Part shown: positions 1 to 9,968 of the stretch, one piece after another
Numbering within the stretch: the first letter of the stretch is position 1
Layout: every line of letters starts with the position of its first letter
Source: Bdellovibrionota bacterium
GTDB lineage: Bacteria; Bdellovibrionota; UBA2428
Direction of reading: 5' to 3'
Assembly (NCBI GenBank): GCA_964202055.1
Contig: CAXNGS010000001.1
Location: 358,439 to 422,438, forward strand
DNA: 64,000 bases
The notes under the pieces: generated by a model
Database searches by the model: none
The model's input: only the letters and a program-made list of their open reading frames with translations
Told to the model about the DNA's origin: nothing
Translations under genes and position numbers: made by a program

Positions 1-4
1 AAAA

Positions 5-472
5 GTGCGCTCGCCCGAGGAGACTTTGGCGCGCGAACGATCCTATATTTTTTGGCTATTAGCGCGCACTGATTATTCACGTAAAAAGTTAGAAACCAAA
101 CTTCGTGATCGCAAGACTTTAAGCCCCGAGCAAATCAAAGACTTGCTCGATAAAATGGAAGAGCAAAAATATTTTCAGCCCGCGGCTTTTTTGCGCACCC
201 GCACGCGCTCGCTTGCCCGCAAGGGTTACAGCGCTTCGGGAATTTCTTATCGGCTGCGCGAAGATGGCGTTTCTGAGAGTGCCACTTCTGTTGGGACGAT
301 GCTTGATGAGCAGGGGATTGAAGCCGATGCCGGGCTTAAGGCCATGGTCGAAAAAGCCCGGCGCAAATGTGCGGACAAGAAAGTTCCGGAAACTTTTATG
401 CGCCGCTGTCTGACGCGCGGTCATCGCTATGCCGATGTGTTGAAGGCTTGGAAGCAAAGTTTCGAAGAGTGA
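5..472 (+). CDS. recX: Regulatory protein RecX
   Basis: Three RecX-type helical repeats: LLARTDYSRKKLETKL, RKGYSASGISYRLREDGV, RRCLTRGH; 155 aa. Confidence 0.85.
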   Translation: MRSPEETLARERSYIFWLLARTDYSRKKLETKLRDRKTLSPEQIKDLLDKMEEQKYFQPAAFLRTRTRSLARKGYSASGISYRLREDGVSESATSVGTMLDEQGIEADAGLKAMVEKARRKCADKKVPETFMRRCLTRGHRYADVLKAWKQSFEE

Positions 473-530
473 ATTTGCAAACTTTTAGATTGCCCTGTTT
501 TAAAAATAAAATTTATTTAATGGAAGTTTT

Positions 531-1613
531 TTACAGACTGCTTAGGCCAAACATTTTAACATTGGTGACCGTGCCGTTGTTGAATGTGCACTTGTTCGGC
601 GCTCCACTGCCCTGATAGGAACCGAAATGGGGAGTGTATAAACAGTTTTCATTTGATTCGCAAAGTCCGTTTTCATTACCCTGTTTGTCTCCGAGTATCT
701 CCACAGCAGCAGCAAGATAAGTGTAAGTTCCCATACGAGAGACTAGTGCGTTGTTGCCGTTGAGTACTGATGGGCAGGCGGCGTCCGCAACAAAGGCGCT
801 GTTCGTTGAAGATCCATTGCCGCTGACATTGTAGATTGGTTGGCCCGATACCGCACTGTAGTCCCAAATTTGGCAGGTCTGACCGGTAACACAGTGGCCT
901 CGATGATTGGCGGTCAATGGCGCGTCGGCATGGAACTTTCCCCAGGCCCGAAAGGGATTTTCGAAGCCGACCCAGTAAAGGAAGTCGGCATTGATGCTGG
1001 TGAAAGACGCAGTTCCCGACGTATCGATGGGGATGATGGCGTCCGAAGGGGCTTTGCCGACAAAAGCATTGGATAAATTTCGGCTCGGTCGCAAAATTGC
1101 ATTGGAACCGGCTGTTGTTTCGCCGGGATAACTTGTGGATCCGTCGGCACCCGTACTGGTGCAGTTTAGGTCGATCAAACCTTGGCTGGCATGGGACATT
1201 TCGCAATCGACGCCGGTATTATTGCCAACGCCCAAAACTCCGGTGAATTTGTGGTCGTAAACTCCGTTGTCAAAGTAAATTCCATTGGACAAATTGTTGG
1301 TCGAAATGAAATTGGAGAAAGTGCCATTGTCGCCGCCTGCAGTTTGCCACTTCAATCCGTTAAGCCCACTGTTAGCGATGACGGTGTTGTGAAAAATTTC
1401 AGTTGTCCCATTGGTTGCGTAAATTCCTTCTCCGCCATTGTTAACCACGGTTAGGTTCGTAAAAAAATTGTCATCGGCATCGCCGATTTTGATCCCGCTG
1501 CCAGCATTTGAGGTTAGGGTTAGATTTTGAAGGACGTTGTAAGAGCCGTTAAGCAGGTAAATTCCATCGCCATTTACCACCTGGCCAATCCCGCTAATGT
1601 TGATATCGGACAA
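531..1613 (-). pseudogene. C-terminal part of a secreted right-handed beta-helix repeat protein (out of frame with 1574..2371)
   Basis: Asn/Gly-rich parallel beta-helix repeats and a C-terminal GLCESNENCLYTPHFGSYQG motif shared with 5299..7443. No signal peptide; the repeats continue upstream of the TTG (PVGIFLSNSSFNTL). Confidence 0.65.
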
Positions 1614-2371
1614 GGTATTGAAGCTAGAATTGCTGAGAAAGATCCCGACAGGAGCTGGGTGTTGGCGAAAGTGTACGCAGCGCCATCAGCAAATGTAACG
1701 ACAGAAGGGCCGTTGGCGTTGCACCCAGCAGGCGGCGAGCTTCGGTCTTTTTTAAGAAAAAATTGACCGTCAGAAAAGCTGACGTTGCTGTCTTTTGCGA
1801 TGGGGGTCAGGGACACCGTGTTCACGCCGGATTCGATCTGAGCGTCGCCCGATAAAAATTCGTAAATTTTATTCGATGCAATTTCAGTGGAGCCGATCAT
1901 AAACTTTTTAAATTTATAAGGGGTAGATGAGGTGGTGATTTCGATATTGCTACAGCTAGTTCCCACCGGTACGTCGACCCCAATCACTGAAAAATGAGTT
2001 TCGCCGAAAGGAACTTTGACCTCAAGATCGGCACCGTAATCGACGGTTCCCGCGATGATCCCGTAACCGTGATCGGTTTCGCAAGTAGCATTTTGCGAAA
2101 GTGATTTAGTGATTGAGGAGCCGGTTGAGTTTACGAAGTAACAAAGATTTTTTGGGAAGCTAAAACTTCCTGAATTCAAAGAAGAAAAACCTTGGCCCTC
2201 GTTAAGTTTAAAAACAACGGAGCCAGTGTTCTTTTGTTGAGGCGCGCAGGCATTCAGCAAAGCACCCATCGCTAGGACATTGAAAAGAGCTAGCGATTTA
2301 AAGTGATTGAAAAATCTCAAGATCTGCTCTCCTCTAACGTTCCACAAAATTTCACGACTTAGTAAAGTCAC
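1574..2371 (-). CDS. Lipoprotein, probable N-terminal part of the split beta-helix protein
   Basis: Lipobox LLNA|C after a hydrophobic stretch; the last ~25 codons overlap the downstream frame. Confidence 0.55.
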   Translation of the reverse strand: MTLLSREILWNVRGEQILRFFNHFKSLALFNVLAMGALLNACAPQQKNTGSVVFKLNEGQGFSSLNSGSFSFPKNLCYFVNSTGSSITKSLSQNATCETDHGYGIIAGTVDYGADLEVKVPFGETHFSVIGVDVPVGTSCSNIEITTSSTPYKFKKFMIGSTEIASNKIYEFLSGDAQIESGVNTVSLTPIAKDSNVSFSDGQFFLKKDRSSPPAGCNANGPSVVTFADGAAYTFANTQLLSGSFSAILASIPCPISTLAGLARW

Positions 2372-2522
2372 TTAGTAAAGTCGTTGAGCTTTAAGCACAG
2401 AAAGCCCAACCCTCATCTTATCGGATTAAATAAGATGACTTTTATTAGTTTTTTGATAAACGAAATCTTAATTTGCCCTTTATTGATTCTTAATAGGGAG
2501 GGTTGGCAAATCTCATAAGCTT

Positions 2523-2530
2523 GCCGATAA
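2523..2530 (+). promoter_or_regulatory. sigma28 (FliA)-type -10 box GCCGATAA, 7 nt before the ATG at 2538
   Basis: Exact match to the FliA -10 consensus; the same geometry recurs at 26943 and 30869. Confidence 0.55.
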
Positions 2531-2537
2531 TGGATTT

Positions 2538-2975
2538 ATGCAAGCCATCCATCATCGTTTTCAATACGCGGTGAGTGCCGAGAAGCTTTTTGCAGCGTTA
2601 ACGCTAGAATCACAAATCAAAGAATGGTGGACCGACGATTGCTCGGTGCCGGCCAAAGTTGGCGCCCAAGCGGTCTTTAACTGGAAAAATTACGGATGGT
2701 CAGTCACGGCGCAAATCGTGTCGGGCAAAATTGGCCGTGAACTTGTTTGGAAGTGTCTTAAGTCCAATATGCAAAATTCTGGGGCTTGGGTCGGCACTGA
2801 AATTCGCTTCAAAATCATTCCAGTTTCGGCCGAGCAATCGGAATTGGAATTCTCTCAAGGGCCCTATCCGGAATCAGCTTGCTATGAAGTTTGTCGCGAG
2901 GGGTGGGCTTTCTTTTTGGGTAAGAGCCTCAAGGGATATTTGGAAAGCGGCCAGGGGTCTCCAACACGCAACTGA
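2538..2975 (+). CDS. SRPBCC/AHSA1 (START-like) domain protein
   Basis: LFAALT..IKEWW, ELVWKC, WVGTEIRF, GWAFFLGKSLKGYLESG pattern typical of SRPBCC proteins. Confidence 0.85.
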   Translation: MQAIHHRFQYAVSAEKLFAALTLESQIKEWWTDDCSVPAKVGAQAVFNWKNYGWSVTAQIVSGKIGRELVWKCLKSNMQNSGAWVGTEIRFKIIPVSAEQSELEFSQGPYPESACYEVCREGWAFFLGKSLKGYLESGQGSPTRN

Positions 2976-3024
2976 GTTAATGACCATCGTTGACACGGTG
3001 CATTGATTTCACTAAGCCCAAAGC

Positions 3025-4155
3025 GTGAGAATTCTTCAGCAATGCTCGCTAAAAACAATTTATATCTGTTTGTTTTTATTGGTATTTAATGCAAATTCCG
3101 CTCTCCTTCCGCAGCGGCCCTGGTGCCAAAGCCCGTTATCGAGAACCCCGCGCGAAGTTCAGGCTTTTCAACACGATTTAGATTCACGAAGCGACGCAGT
3201 GGCTTTGCAACGGGACTACAAACGTCGGACTAATTACACGCCCTTGGCGCTGCTGGTGCTCGACTCTCTTTTACAGGGTGGAGCCTATCGTCAAGCTAGT
3301 CCCGAATTGCTTTCGCGACTCATCAGTTTTGCGATGGTCAGATGGCTGAAAATTCCTAACGAACGCAATGAATCGATCAAGCATCTTTCGGTTTGGTTGC
3401 GAGCCAAAGTCGAAGGACCCATTCATTTTTCGGCGGCCGACATTGAGCGACTTCGAATTTCTTATCAACTTTATGTGGGTCGCCGCCAAGCGATATTTGG
3501 CATGACCGGCGAAGAATATATTGGGCGCGGAGTGGGTTCAATTTTTGGCGACGGATTGGCGACCGCGTTTTTTGGCGGGATGTCGGGCGGAGCTTTTGCC
3601 TTGACCGGCTTGGGGTTTTTTCCACTTCCAATATTTTTGCTCTATAACCACGGCAAGTTTTTGCTTGAAGCTAAAATATTAAATGATTTAAGTTTATCAA
3701 CTAAACACATGGTCGCCGAGACCGATGCAGTTTTAGTCGGAAAAATGAGCGATCGAGTCCCGGTTGCTGAATTGAAATTCCGTTGGAGCTCGGAGCTAGA
3801 AGGAATTTTAAATAAAAAAAGCGGTACGATTCTGATCGAAGGAATGTTACAAAAGTTGATGCTTAATTCCTGCACTCTTCTTAAAGACGGGGCGGAAAAT
3901 AGAAAAGAATCTTTTAAGCTCGTGCTTTCTTGGGCCAAAGACCTGAAGCGGGTCAATCCATTGAATTGGCAAGAAATTCTGGAAACCATGAAAGTCATCC
4001 GGGCAACTTCGATGAGAATGACTTTTGACCAGCCACAGGCATCGGCAATCATCGAAGAACTTCGCAACAGCGTTGAGGGGTGGCGAGCCAGCGAAGAGGC
4101 CTATGCAGCCGGTGATGCGCTTTTAAAGACGAATTTTCAAAGGACTGAACTCTAG
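3025..4155 (+). CDS. Secreted hypothetical protein with a central Gly-rich hydrophobic hairpin
   Basis: Sec-type signal peptide; segment GVGSIFGDGLATAFFGGMSGGAFALTGLGFFPLPIFLLY; 376 aa, 5 nt from the next gene. Confidence 0.6.
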   Translation: MRILQQCSLKTIYICLFLLVFNANSALLPQRPWCQSPLSRTPREVQAFQHDLDSRSDAVALQRDYKRRTNYTPLALLVLDSLLQGGAYRQASPELLSRLISFAMVRWLKIPNERNESIKHLSVWLRAKVEGPIHFSAADIERLRISYQLYVGRRQAIFGMTGEEYIGRGVGSIFGDGLATAFFGGMSGGAFALTGLGFFPLPIFLLYNHGKFLLEAKILNDLSLSTKHMVAETDAVLVGKMSDRVPVAELKFRWSSELEGILNKKSGTILIEGMLQKLMLNSCTLLKDGAENRKESFKLVLSWAKDLKRVNPLNWQEILETMKVIRATSMRMTFDQPQASAIIEELRNSVEGWRASEEAYAAGDALLKTNFQRTEL

Positions 4156-4160
4156 GCATT

Positions 4161-5282
4161 ATGTTTAAGCCCAAGCTGATTTTTTTTCTGGCTTTGGGCT
4201 TTGTATCAAATCATTTCGCTAGTGAAGGATGGGCCGCTAAAATTTGCGAGAGCTCTTTACGGCCGGGGCAAAGTTTAGGTTTATTTAAAATAGATCCGAA
4301 AAGCCGGCGTAGTTCTGCGATTGAGTTTGAAATTTTACCCAACACCCGCTCATTTGTGATCTCGGCAGACCCCGAGGGCGGGACAGTGGCTCACGATTTA
4401 ATGATCGCGGAAATTCGAGATCCCGATGGAAAAATTTTCGTAGCTCAAAGTTTCACGAAACCCAACTGTCGGAAGGGTTGTTTTGGGAACCGGGCATATT
4501 TTCCCGCAAGCGCCAGCCAGATGATTCCCAACGACGCCACTTTCCCAAAACTCAAAGCCGGAAAATGGCGCGCAGTTGTTGAGTCATCGGTGGCCATTGA
4601 CCTGGCTGTTTCACTGCGTGTTCAAAGCCAGGTTCTTTTAGCGTCATCGCAAAAAATGGATAGGCGAACTTTTAAGATTTATTTATATTTGACCGGCAGT
4701 AACGGACTTTCCAATAAAACATTTCTTGATTCAACTTTTAATCGAGAAACTTTGCCAAAAATGAAAGCCATTTTTGAAAAATCTAATATCAAAGTCGAGA
4801 TCAAAAGTGTCTATGCGCTGCCCAAAAAATTTCAAAAATTGAGCATGATCGATGAAGCCGGCTCGATTTCGCTGACCCAGCTTTATGCAAAGTTGCCGCT
4901 GCGAGATGATGGATTTAATTTGATAGTGGTCGATGAATTGAAATCAGATATCGGCTCGGGTTTTGCCGATGGAGTTTCTCCAGGGGCTCCGGCTTCGCTT
5001 AACAAACCTCACATCGTCATCAGTAACCGCCCGCGCAGTGGCGAACGTCGATTGCCGACTCATGCTTTGATCGCCCATGAAGTGGCTCATGGTTTAGGGC
5101 TTTTTCATGTAGAGGAATTCGATGGACTTAAGGATCCCTTGTCGAGCACTCAGGTTGGGCAGGGCGATTTGATGGACATCAACTACAGCGGTGATTTAAG
5201 CGACCAGGCTGCTTGGGCTTTTAATTTGGAGCAATCTTTAGTCATTCGCAGTCATCCCTATGTGGTTCCATTTGTTAGATGA
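4161..5282 (+). CDS. Secreted metzincin zinc metallopeptidase
   Basis: Signal peptide; HEVAHGLGLFH (HExxHxxGxxH) followed by a Met-turn (DLMD). Confidence 0.8.
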   Translation: MFKPKLIFFLALGFVSNHFASEGWAAKICESSLRPGQSLGLFKIDPKSRRSSAIEFEILPNTRSFVISADPEGGTVAHDLMIAEIRDPDGKIFVAQSFTKPNCRKGCFGNRAYFPASASQMIPNDATFPKLKAGKWRAVVESSVAIDLAVSLRVQSQVLLASSQKMDRRTFKIYLYLTGSNGLSNKTFLDSTFNRETLPKMKAIFEKSNIKVEIKSVYALPKKFQKLSMIDEAGSISLTQLYAKLPLRDDGFNLIVVDELKSDIGSGFADGVSPGAPASLNKPHIVISNRPRSGERRLPTHALIAHEVAHGLGLFHVEEFDGLKDPLSSTQVGQGDLMDINYSGDLSDQAAWAFNLEQSLVIRSHPYVVPFVR

Positions 5283-5298
5283 TTTTTATAAATAGAAA

Positions 5299-7443
5299 CT
5301 ATTGACCATTGCTCAAGTAGCCGTGCATGGTGACGCCGGTCACTGAGGTGCTGGCGCTGTTGTCGTCGAAAGTACAGGTTCCAATCGTGCCGTGGCCCTG
5401 GTAATTTCCAAGATTGGGCGAGTAAAGACAAGATTCATCGGATTCGCAAAGTCCATCGTCGTCACCAATGCCGTCTTCCATAATTTCGCTAGCGTTGAGC
5501 AAATATAAATTAGCTAAAGCGGTTAATTGATCGGCGACCACTGCATCGCCATGTACCGAAGCCGGACAGCCCGCGCCATTGACGAAGGCGCCGTTTCGAT
5601 TTCGCAATTTGCTGTCGCTGACTCGAAGTCGCCAATCCCAAATGGCGCAATTGATCCCGCTTTCGCATTGAAAAAGATTTCCGGCATTAAAGAGGTTGGC
5701 GTTGATTCCTCTGCCCCAAGCTCGTTCAGGATTGGCGAAATTAAACCAATCAGTGACGTTGTCGTGAGTGAGGAAACCGCTACCGTTCAAATCAGCGGTG
5801 TTTTGGTTGGTTGGATCGTTGGTGATTTGACCGACAAAAGTCGTGGCCAAACTTTGATTGTTTAGCAAAGTGATCGATGCGCTGCCACCGCTGCAATCAG
5901 TGTCGCCGCTTAGAAGTCCATTGCCAGTCGAAAGTGCGTCGACCCGGCAATCGGTGCCGTTGTTGCCAACAATAAGATGATCGCTAAATTGATTGTCGTT
6001 GCCGGTTAATTCTATGGCCTCTCCAACATTGTTGGCTGAAGCCACTTGGCTAAAAAATCCTTCGTTCTTTTGGCTGCTGATTCCGCTGCTCGAATTGTGT
6101 GCGGTCACCAATTGGGTGACAGTCAATTGATCGGCGCCGCCATCTATGAGCATTCCGAAGTCCAAGTTGGAGGCATTGATGTGACTGAGGGTGTTGTTGG
6201 GGCTTAAGACCGTGACTCCGGTTCCGCCGCTCGTGCTTTGAAGATGAGTCAAAATGTTATTGCTGCCGTCGCTCAGCAGAATTTGGTTCTCTGAAATGTT
6301 ACTAGCGCTGATTTTATGCAAAACATTAAATTCCGATCCGTTTTCTAAATTCAAGCCGTCACTGATCGATTGGCCAAGTTTTAAATCATAAATTCGATTG
6401 TATAAAAAACCGCTGCCGAAAAACAATTCGACTCCGGCGCGTCGTGCTTGGATGTGGCGGAACATTGAAAATCGAGATTGCCCGGCGAGCACTCGACGAC
6501 CTCCGCCAGAGTTGTCGTTGTCCCCATCGAATTGGCCTTCGATCCATAAATAATTTTTAGCACCAAATCCCACCAAGCAACGATCTGTGCTGTTCACGGC
6601 TCCGCTGTTGTCGCAATTGTTAGTTCCAGGATCAGTGGCGCTGAGTTCGGCATCGGGATAGACCACTAGCGAAATTTTATCGGCGTTGATCACGATGCCG
6701 TGCAAAGCTTTGCTGCTAATCACGGTGTAAATCACTTCACTGTCATCCAATCGATAAGCATGAAGGGCTCCGGTTGTGGCGTTGAGATTGTCGACGCCCG
6801 AGACTCCAAGCACTCCGGTGCTGACTTGAGTTCCAGCCGAGGCGTTGTCGAGTGAATCTAAATTGCGAACCGGATTGTCCCACCATTTGGCGGCGGTGCT
6901 TTGATAAAGAAGGACGCTGTCTTTGCTGATGCTGATTGAGTTTTCACGCCAGTCATCGCCGTCGTCATTTAATAAATCACTTAATCGTTTTTCTGGATTT
7001 AAATTAGTTGAATAAAAATAAACTTGGCCGCCATTTTCGAGGCAAAGCCAATTAAGTACGGCAAGATCGTCGACCGCGCTCAAAGCATCACAAGAACTTT
7101 CATTGGCTAGCGAAACCTTACGAATGACTCCAGCGTGGAAGCAAGTTTGGGGTCCGCCGATTTCGCCGTCGCGAGTTCCGCCATCGATTCGACCATCAGC
7201 ATTGCAGGCGGTGTCGTTAGCTTGGTAAAATTGAGCGCCATTGTTTTCTAGGTAACCATTCCACCGGCCGCCGTTAACCGGAAAGGCAACTTCGACGTTG
7301 ACCTCGGTGACTTCTTGAACACTGCTTCGATCGCGAGGAACCAAACCAGAACAGCCCAAAAATTGGACGAGCAAAAACAACGGTGTCCACCGGTGAATTT
7401 TTTGGCCTAGCCGCGATCTTAACGAGATCTTCATCATCGGCAC
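5299..7443 (-). CDS. Right-handed parallel beta-helix repeat lipoprotein
   Basis: Lipobox FLG|C; Asn-rich beta-helix repeats; Cys-rich C-terminus GLCESDESCLYSPNLGNYQG, paralogous to 531..1613. Confidence 0.8.
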   Translation of the reverse strand: MPMMKISLRSRLGQKIHRWTPLFLLVQFLGCSGLVPRDRSSVQEVTEVNVEVAFPVNGGRWNGYLENNGAQFYQANDTACNADGRIDGGTRDGEIGGPQTCFHAGVIRKVSLANESSCDALSAVDDLAVLNWLCLENGGQVYFYSTNLNPEKRLSDLLNDDGDDWRENSISISKDSVLLYQSTAAKWWDNPVRNLDSLDNASAGTQVSTGVLGVSGVDNLNATTGALHAYRLDDSEVIYTVISSKALHGIVINADKISLVVYPDAELSATDPGTNNCDNSGAVNSTDRCLVGFGAKNYLWIEGQFDGDNDNSGGGRRVLAGQSRFSMFRHIQARRAGVELFFGSGFLYNRIYDLKLGQSISDGLNLENGSEFNVLHKISASNISENQILLSDGSNNILTHLQSTSGGTGVTVLSPNNTLSHINASNLDFGMLIDGGADQLTVTQLVTAHNSSSGISSQKNEGFFSQVASANNVGEAIELTGNDNQFSDHLIVGNNGTDCRVDALSTGNGLLSGDTDCSGGSASITLLNNQSLATTFVGQITNDPTNQNTADLNGSGFLTHDNVTDWFNFANPERAWGRGINANLFNAGNLFQCESGINCAIWDWRLRVSDSKLRNRNGAFVNGAGCPASVHGDAVVADQLTALANLYLLNASEIMEDGIGDDDGLCESDESCLYSPNLGNYQGHGTIGTCTFDDNSASTSVTGVTMHGYLSNGQ

Positions 7444-7562
7444 TGGTGCTCCAGATTACTTATCGGAATTTTGTCGCTGCAAATAAGGGAGATCTCTATG
7501 AAAAACAGTGCAATTTGATGAAATTTTGAAAATAGAGATAAAAAATTAAGCTAAAAATTAAG

Positions 7563-8078
7563 CTAAAAAATAAATCCTAAATCGATGCTTTGGGTGATAA
7601 AGCGCCGCTGGATTCCGCTGGGAAAAAAGAAAGTGAAAAGAGTGGTGATTCCCAGCGAAACTCGATCGGCCAAGCTGAAATTAATGCCGCCCCCCAAACC
7701 AATGCCGAAGCTATTGCTGAAACCATTGGAAATCGCGTATTGAGCCGAGCCCTCGAGAAAAACCATACGGCCAGGCGACAGATAATTGCGATAACCAAGA
7801 CCCATCATTTGATCGGTTGATTGAAACGGATTGATGTCCGTGTAATTAGCGGTCTGGCGGGTCCACTGATAATAAATAAAAGTTTCGTCGAGCCCGTGAA
7901 TCCATCCCAGTCGAGCGACCGCGCCGGTTCCATCGTAGAGGTCTTGGTTGCCATTAGAGACCCTGATAGATGGGGAATAAGCATAAGATCCGCGCAGAGA
8001 AATGCGAGCTTCAGCGATCATGGATTGAGCTGCCATTAAAACGAACACTAAAAAAATAAATCTTCGATAAAAAATCAT
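7563..8078 (-). CDS. Small outer-membrane beta-barrel protein
   Basis: Signal peptide AEA|R, amphipathic beta-strands, C-terminal Phe (DLGFIF). Confidence 0.7.
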   Translation of the reverse strand: MIFYRRFIFLVFVLMAAQSMIAEARISLRGSYAYSPSIRVSNGNQDLYDGTGAVARLGWIHGLDETFIYYQWTRQTANYTDINPFQSTDQMMGLGYRNYLSPGRMVFLEGSAQYAISNGFSNSFGIGLGGGINFSLADRVSLGITTLFTFFFPSGIQRRFITQSIDLGFIF

Positions 8079-8098
8079 TTCAGATAAATGATTTTAGC

Positions 8099-9826
8099 TT
8101 ATTTTTTGGAAACTAACTTCTGCCACCATGATTTTGCAGGGCTGGCAGACGCAGCGGTTCGAGTTTTGCTCGGAGCGCCATCGGCTTTTTTGCTGGTCGA
8201 GCTTGCGGCCTTTGAAGTGCTTCCCTTGTTTTCGCTATAGGAACCCTCGCGGCGTGAATTCGATCGAGAGGATCGTGAATCATTGCGTGAATCATTGCGT
8301 GAATCATTTCGTGGTCCACGAGATTGACTTCGCGGTCCACGACTTTGGCTGCCAGTTTGACCGCCAGAATTGGTGCGCGGGCTTTGACTAGCGTCAGTGG
8401 TGCGTTGATTTGAATTTTGAGCTGAATTTTGAAATTGCGGTCGGCCGCTCTGTTTTTGCGGGCGCGAAGAATTTTGTCCATTATTTTGACCCTGATTTTG
8501 GCTAAAAGTTCGGCGATCGTTTGATTGAGGACGGCGGTTATTTTGCTGGGGCCGGCGGCCTTGAGAATTTTGTCCTTGGCTATGAGAAGAGTGCTGCGAA
8601 GAGTGCTGCGAAGAGTGCTGCGAAGAGTGCTGAGAAGACTGCGATGGGCTCGGCGCCGGACGAGCCACTGGCTTACCATCAGACCCCGGATAGGGTCCCG
8701 CGACCACTCGAACTTGCATGCGAATTAAATGTTCGATGTCGCGCAAATAATCGCGCTCTTCGCGATCGCAAAATGATATGGCAATGCCTTCAGCGCCGGC
8801 TCGAGCAGTTCGTCCAATGCGGTGAACATAGCTTTCCGGAACGTTGGGAATTTCGTAATTGATGACGTGGCTGACTCCATCGATGTCGATGCCGCGTGCT
8901 GCAATGTCGGTCGCGACCAAGACTCGAGTCTCTCCGGCTTTAAAGTTATTCAATGCACGGATTCGATTGTTTTGTGATTTGTTTCCGTGAATCGCTTCCG
9001 CAGGAACGCGGGCTTGATTTAAAAATTTTGCGACTTTATCCGCGCCGTGTTTGGTGCGCGTGAAAACCAGCGCGCGCGAAATTTTGGGGTCTTGCATTAA
9101 ATGTTCAAGCAAAGTTCGCTTGGCAGTTTGGTCGACAAAGTAAACGGACTGATCAATTTTCTCAGCAGTGGTTGCGACCGGCGTCACTTCGACTTTTGCG
9201 GGATTGGTTAAGATGTCGTTGGCTAATCTTTGAATGTCAGGAGGCATGGTCGCCGAAAAGAAAAGTGAGTGGCGTTTTTTTGGAAGCACTCGAAGCACGC
9301 GCTTAACGTCGTGAACAAATCCCATGTCAAGCATTCGATCGGCTTCATCGAGCACAAAAATTTCAATGGTGGTCAAATCGACGTAGCGTTGCTCCATTAA
9401 ATCAAGCAAACGCCCAGGCGTGGCAACCAAAATATCGATGCCTCTTTGCAGGGCGTCGGTTTGAGGTCGCTGGCCGACTCCGCCGAAAATAACGGTGTTG
9501 CGAAGTCCAAGATTCGAACCATAGCGATCAAAACTTTCGCCGATTTGAGCGGCTAATTCACGAGTCGGAGTTAATACCAGGCAGCGAATCGGTCGAAAGG
9601 CGCCTTTAGAGGGGGCCGGTCTTTCGGCCAGCAATTGCAAAATCGGCAATCCAAAAGCCGCGGTTTTTCCGGTACCGGTTTGGGCGCATCCAAGCAAATC
9701 ACGGCGTGCTAAAATTTTTGGAATGGCTTGTTCTTGAATGGGTGTGGGGTGCTCGTAACCCTCTTTTTTCAGAGCTTCTAAGAGTGGATCAATCAGGTTC
9801 AGTTGGCTAAACAGCGTGGTGGTCAT
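8099..9826 (-). CDS. rhlE: DEAD-box ATP-dependent RNA helicase (RhlE type) with long disordered S/Q/R/N-rich tail
   Basis: Q motif [51 protein letters not shown]. Confidence 0.9.
   Translation of the reverse strand: MTTTLFSQLNLIDPLLEALKKEGYEHPTPIQEQAIPKILARRDLLGCAQTGTGKTAAFGLPILQLLAERPAPSKGAFRPIRCLVLTPTRELAAQIGESFDRYGSNLGLRNTVIFGGVGQRPQTDALQRGIDILVATPGRLLDLMEQRYVDLTTIEIFVLDEADRMLDMGFVHDVKRVLRVLPKKRHSLFFSATMPPDIQRLANDILTNPAKVEVTPVATTAEKIDQSVYFVDQTAKRTLLEHLMQDPKISRALVFTRTKHGADKVAKFLNQARVPAEAIHGNKSQNNRIRALNNFKAGETRVLVATDIAARGIDIDGVSHVINYEIPNVPESYVHRIGRTARAGAEGIAISFCDREERDYLRDIEHLIRMQVRVVAGPYPGSDGKPVARPAPSPSQSSQHSSQHSSQHSSQHSSHSQGQNSQGRRPQQNNRRPQSNDRRTFSQNQGQNNGQNSSRPQKQSGRPQFQNSAQNSNQRTTDASQSPRTNSGGQTGSQSRGPRSQSRGPRNDSRNDSRNDSRSSRSNSRREGSYSENKGSTSKAASSTSKKADGAPSKTRTAASASPAKSWWQKLVSKK
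8273..8308 (-). repeat. 12-bp in-frame tandem repeat (NDSR x3) in the helicase tail
   Basis: cgtgaatcattg units visible on the + strand. Confidence 0.8.
8585..8638 (-). repeat. 12-bp in-frame tandem repeat (SQHS x4) in the helicase tail
   Basis: gaagagtgctgc units visible on the + strand. Confidence 0.85.
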
Positions 9827-9968
9827 TAGAGCTCGACTTTATCGCATTTATCGAGCTGGGGAGGAAGCTAAATCGGATAGATTTGGGCTCTTTAGGCAAT
9901 TAATTGCTTAAAATATTAGGAGCTGACTAAGCTTTTTAGTTTTTTAATCCGGAGTAAACTCTGAATCG

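Noticed and set aside
8270-8640. Short repeats as a CRISPR array
   Set aside because: These are contiguous 12-bp in-frame units with no spacers and no cas genes; they encode the low-complexity helicase tail.
8113-8862. Alternative-frame ORFs (188, 113, 87, 67 aa) over the helicase tail
   Set aside because: They stay open because of repeat and low-complexity sequence; no independent starts or motifs.
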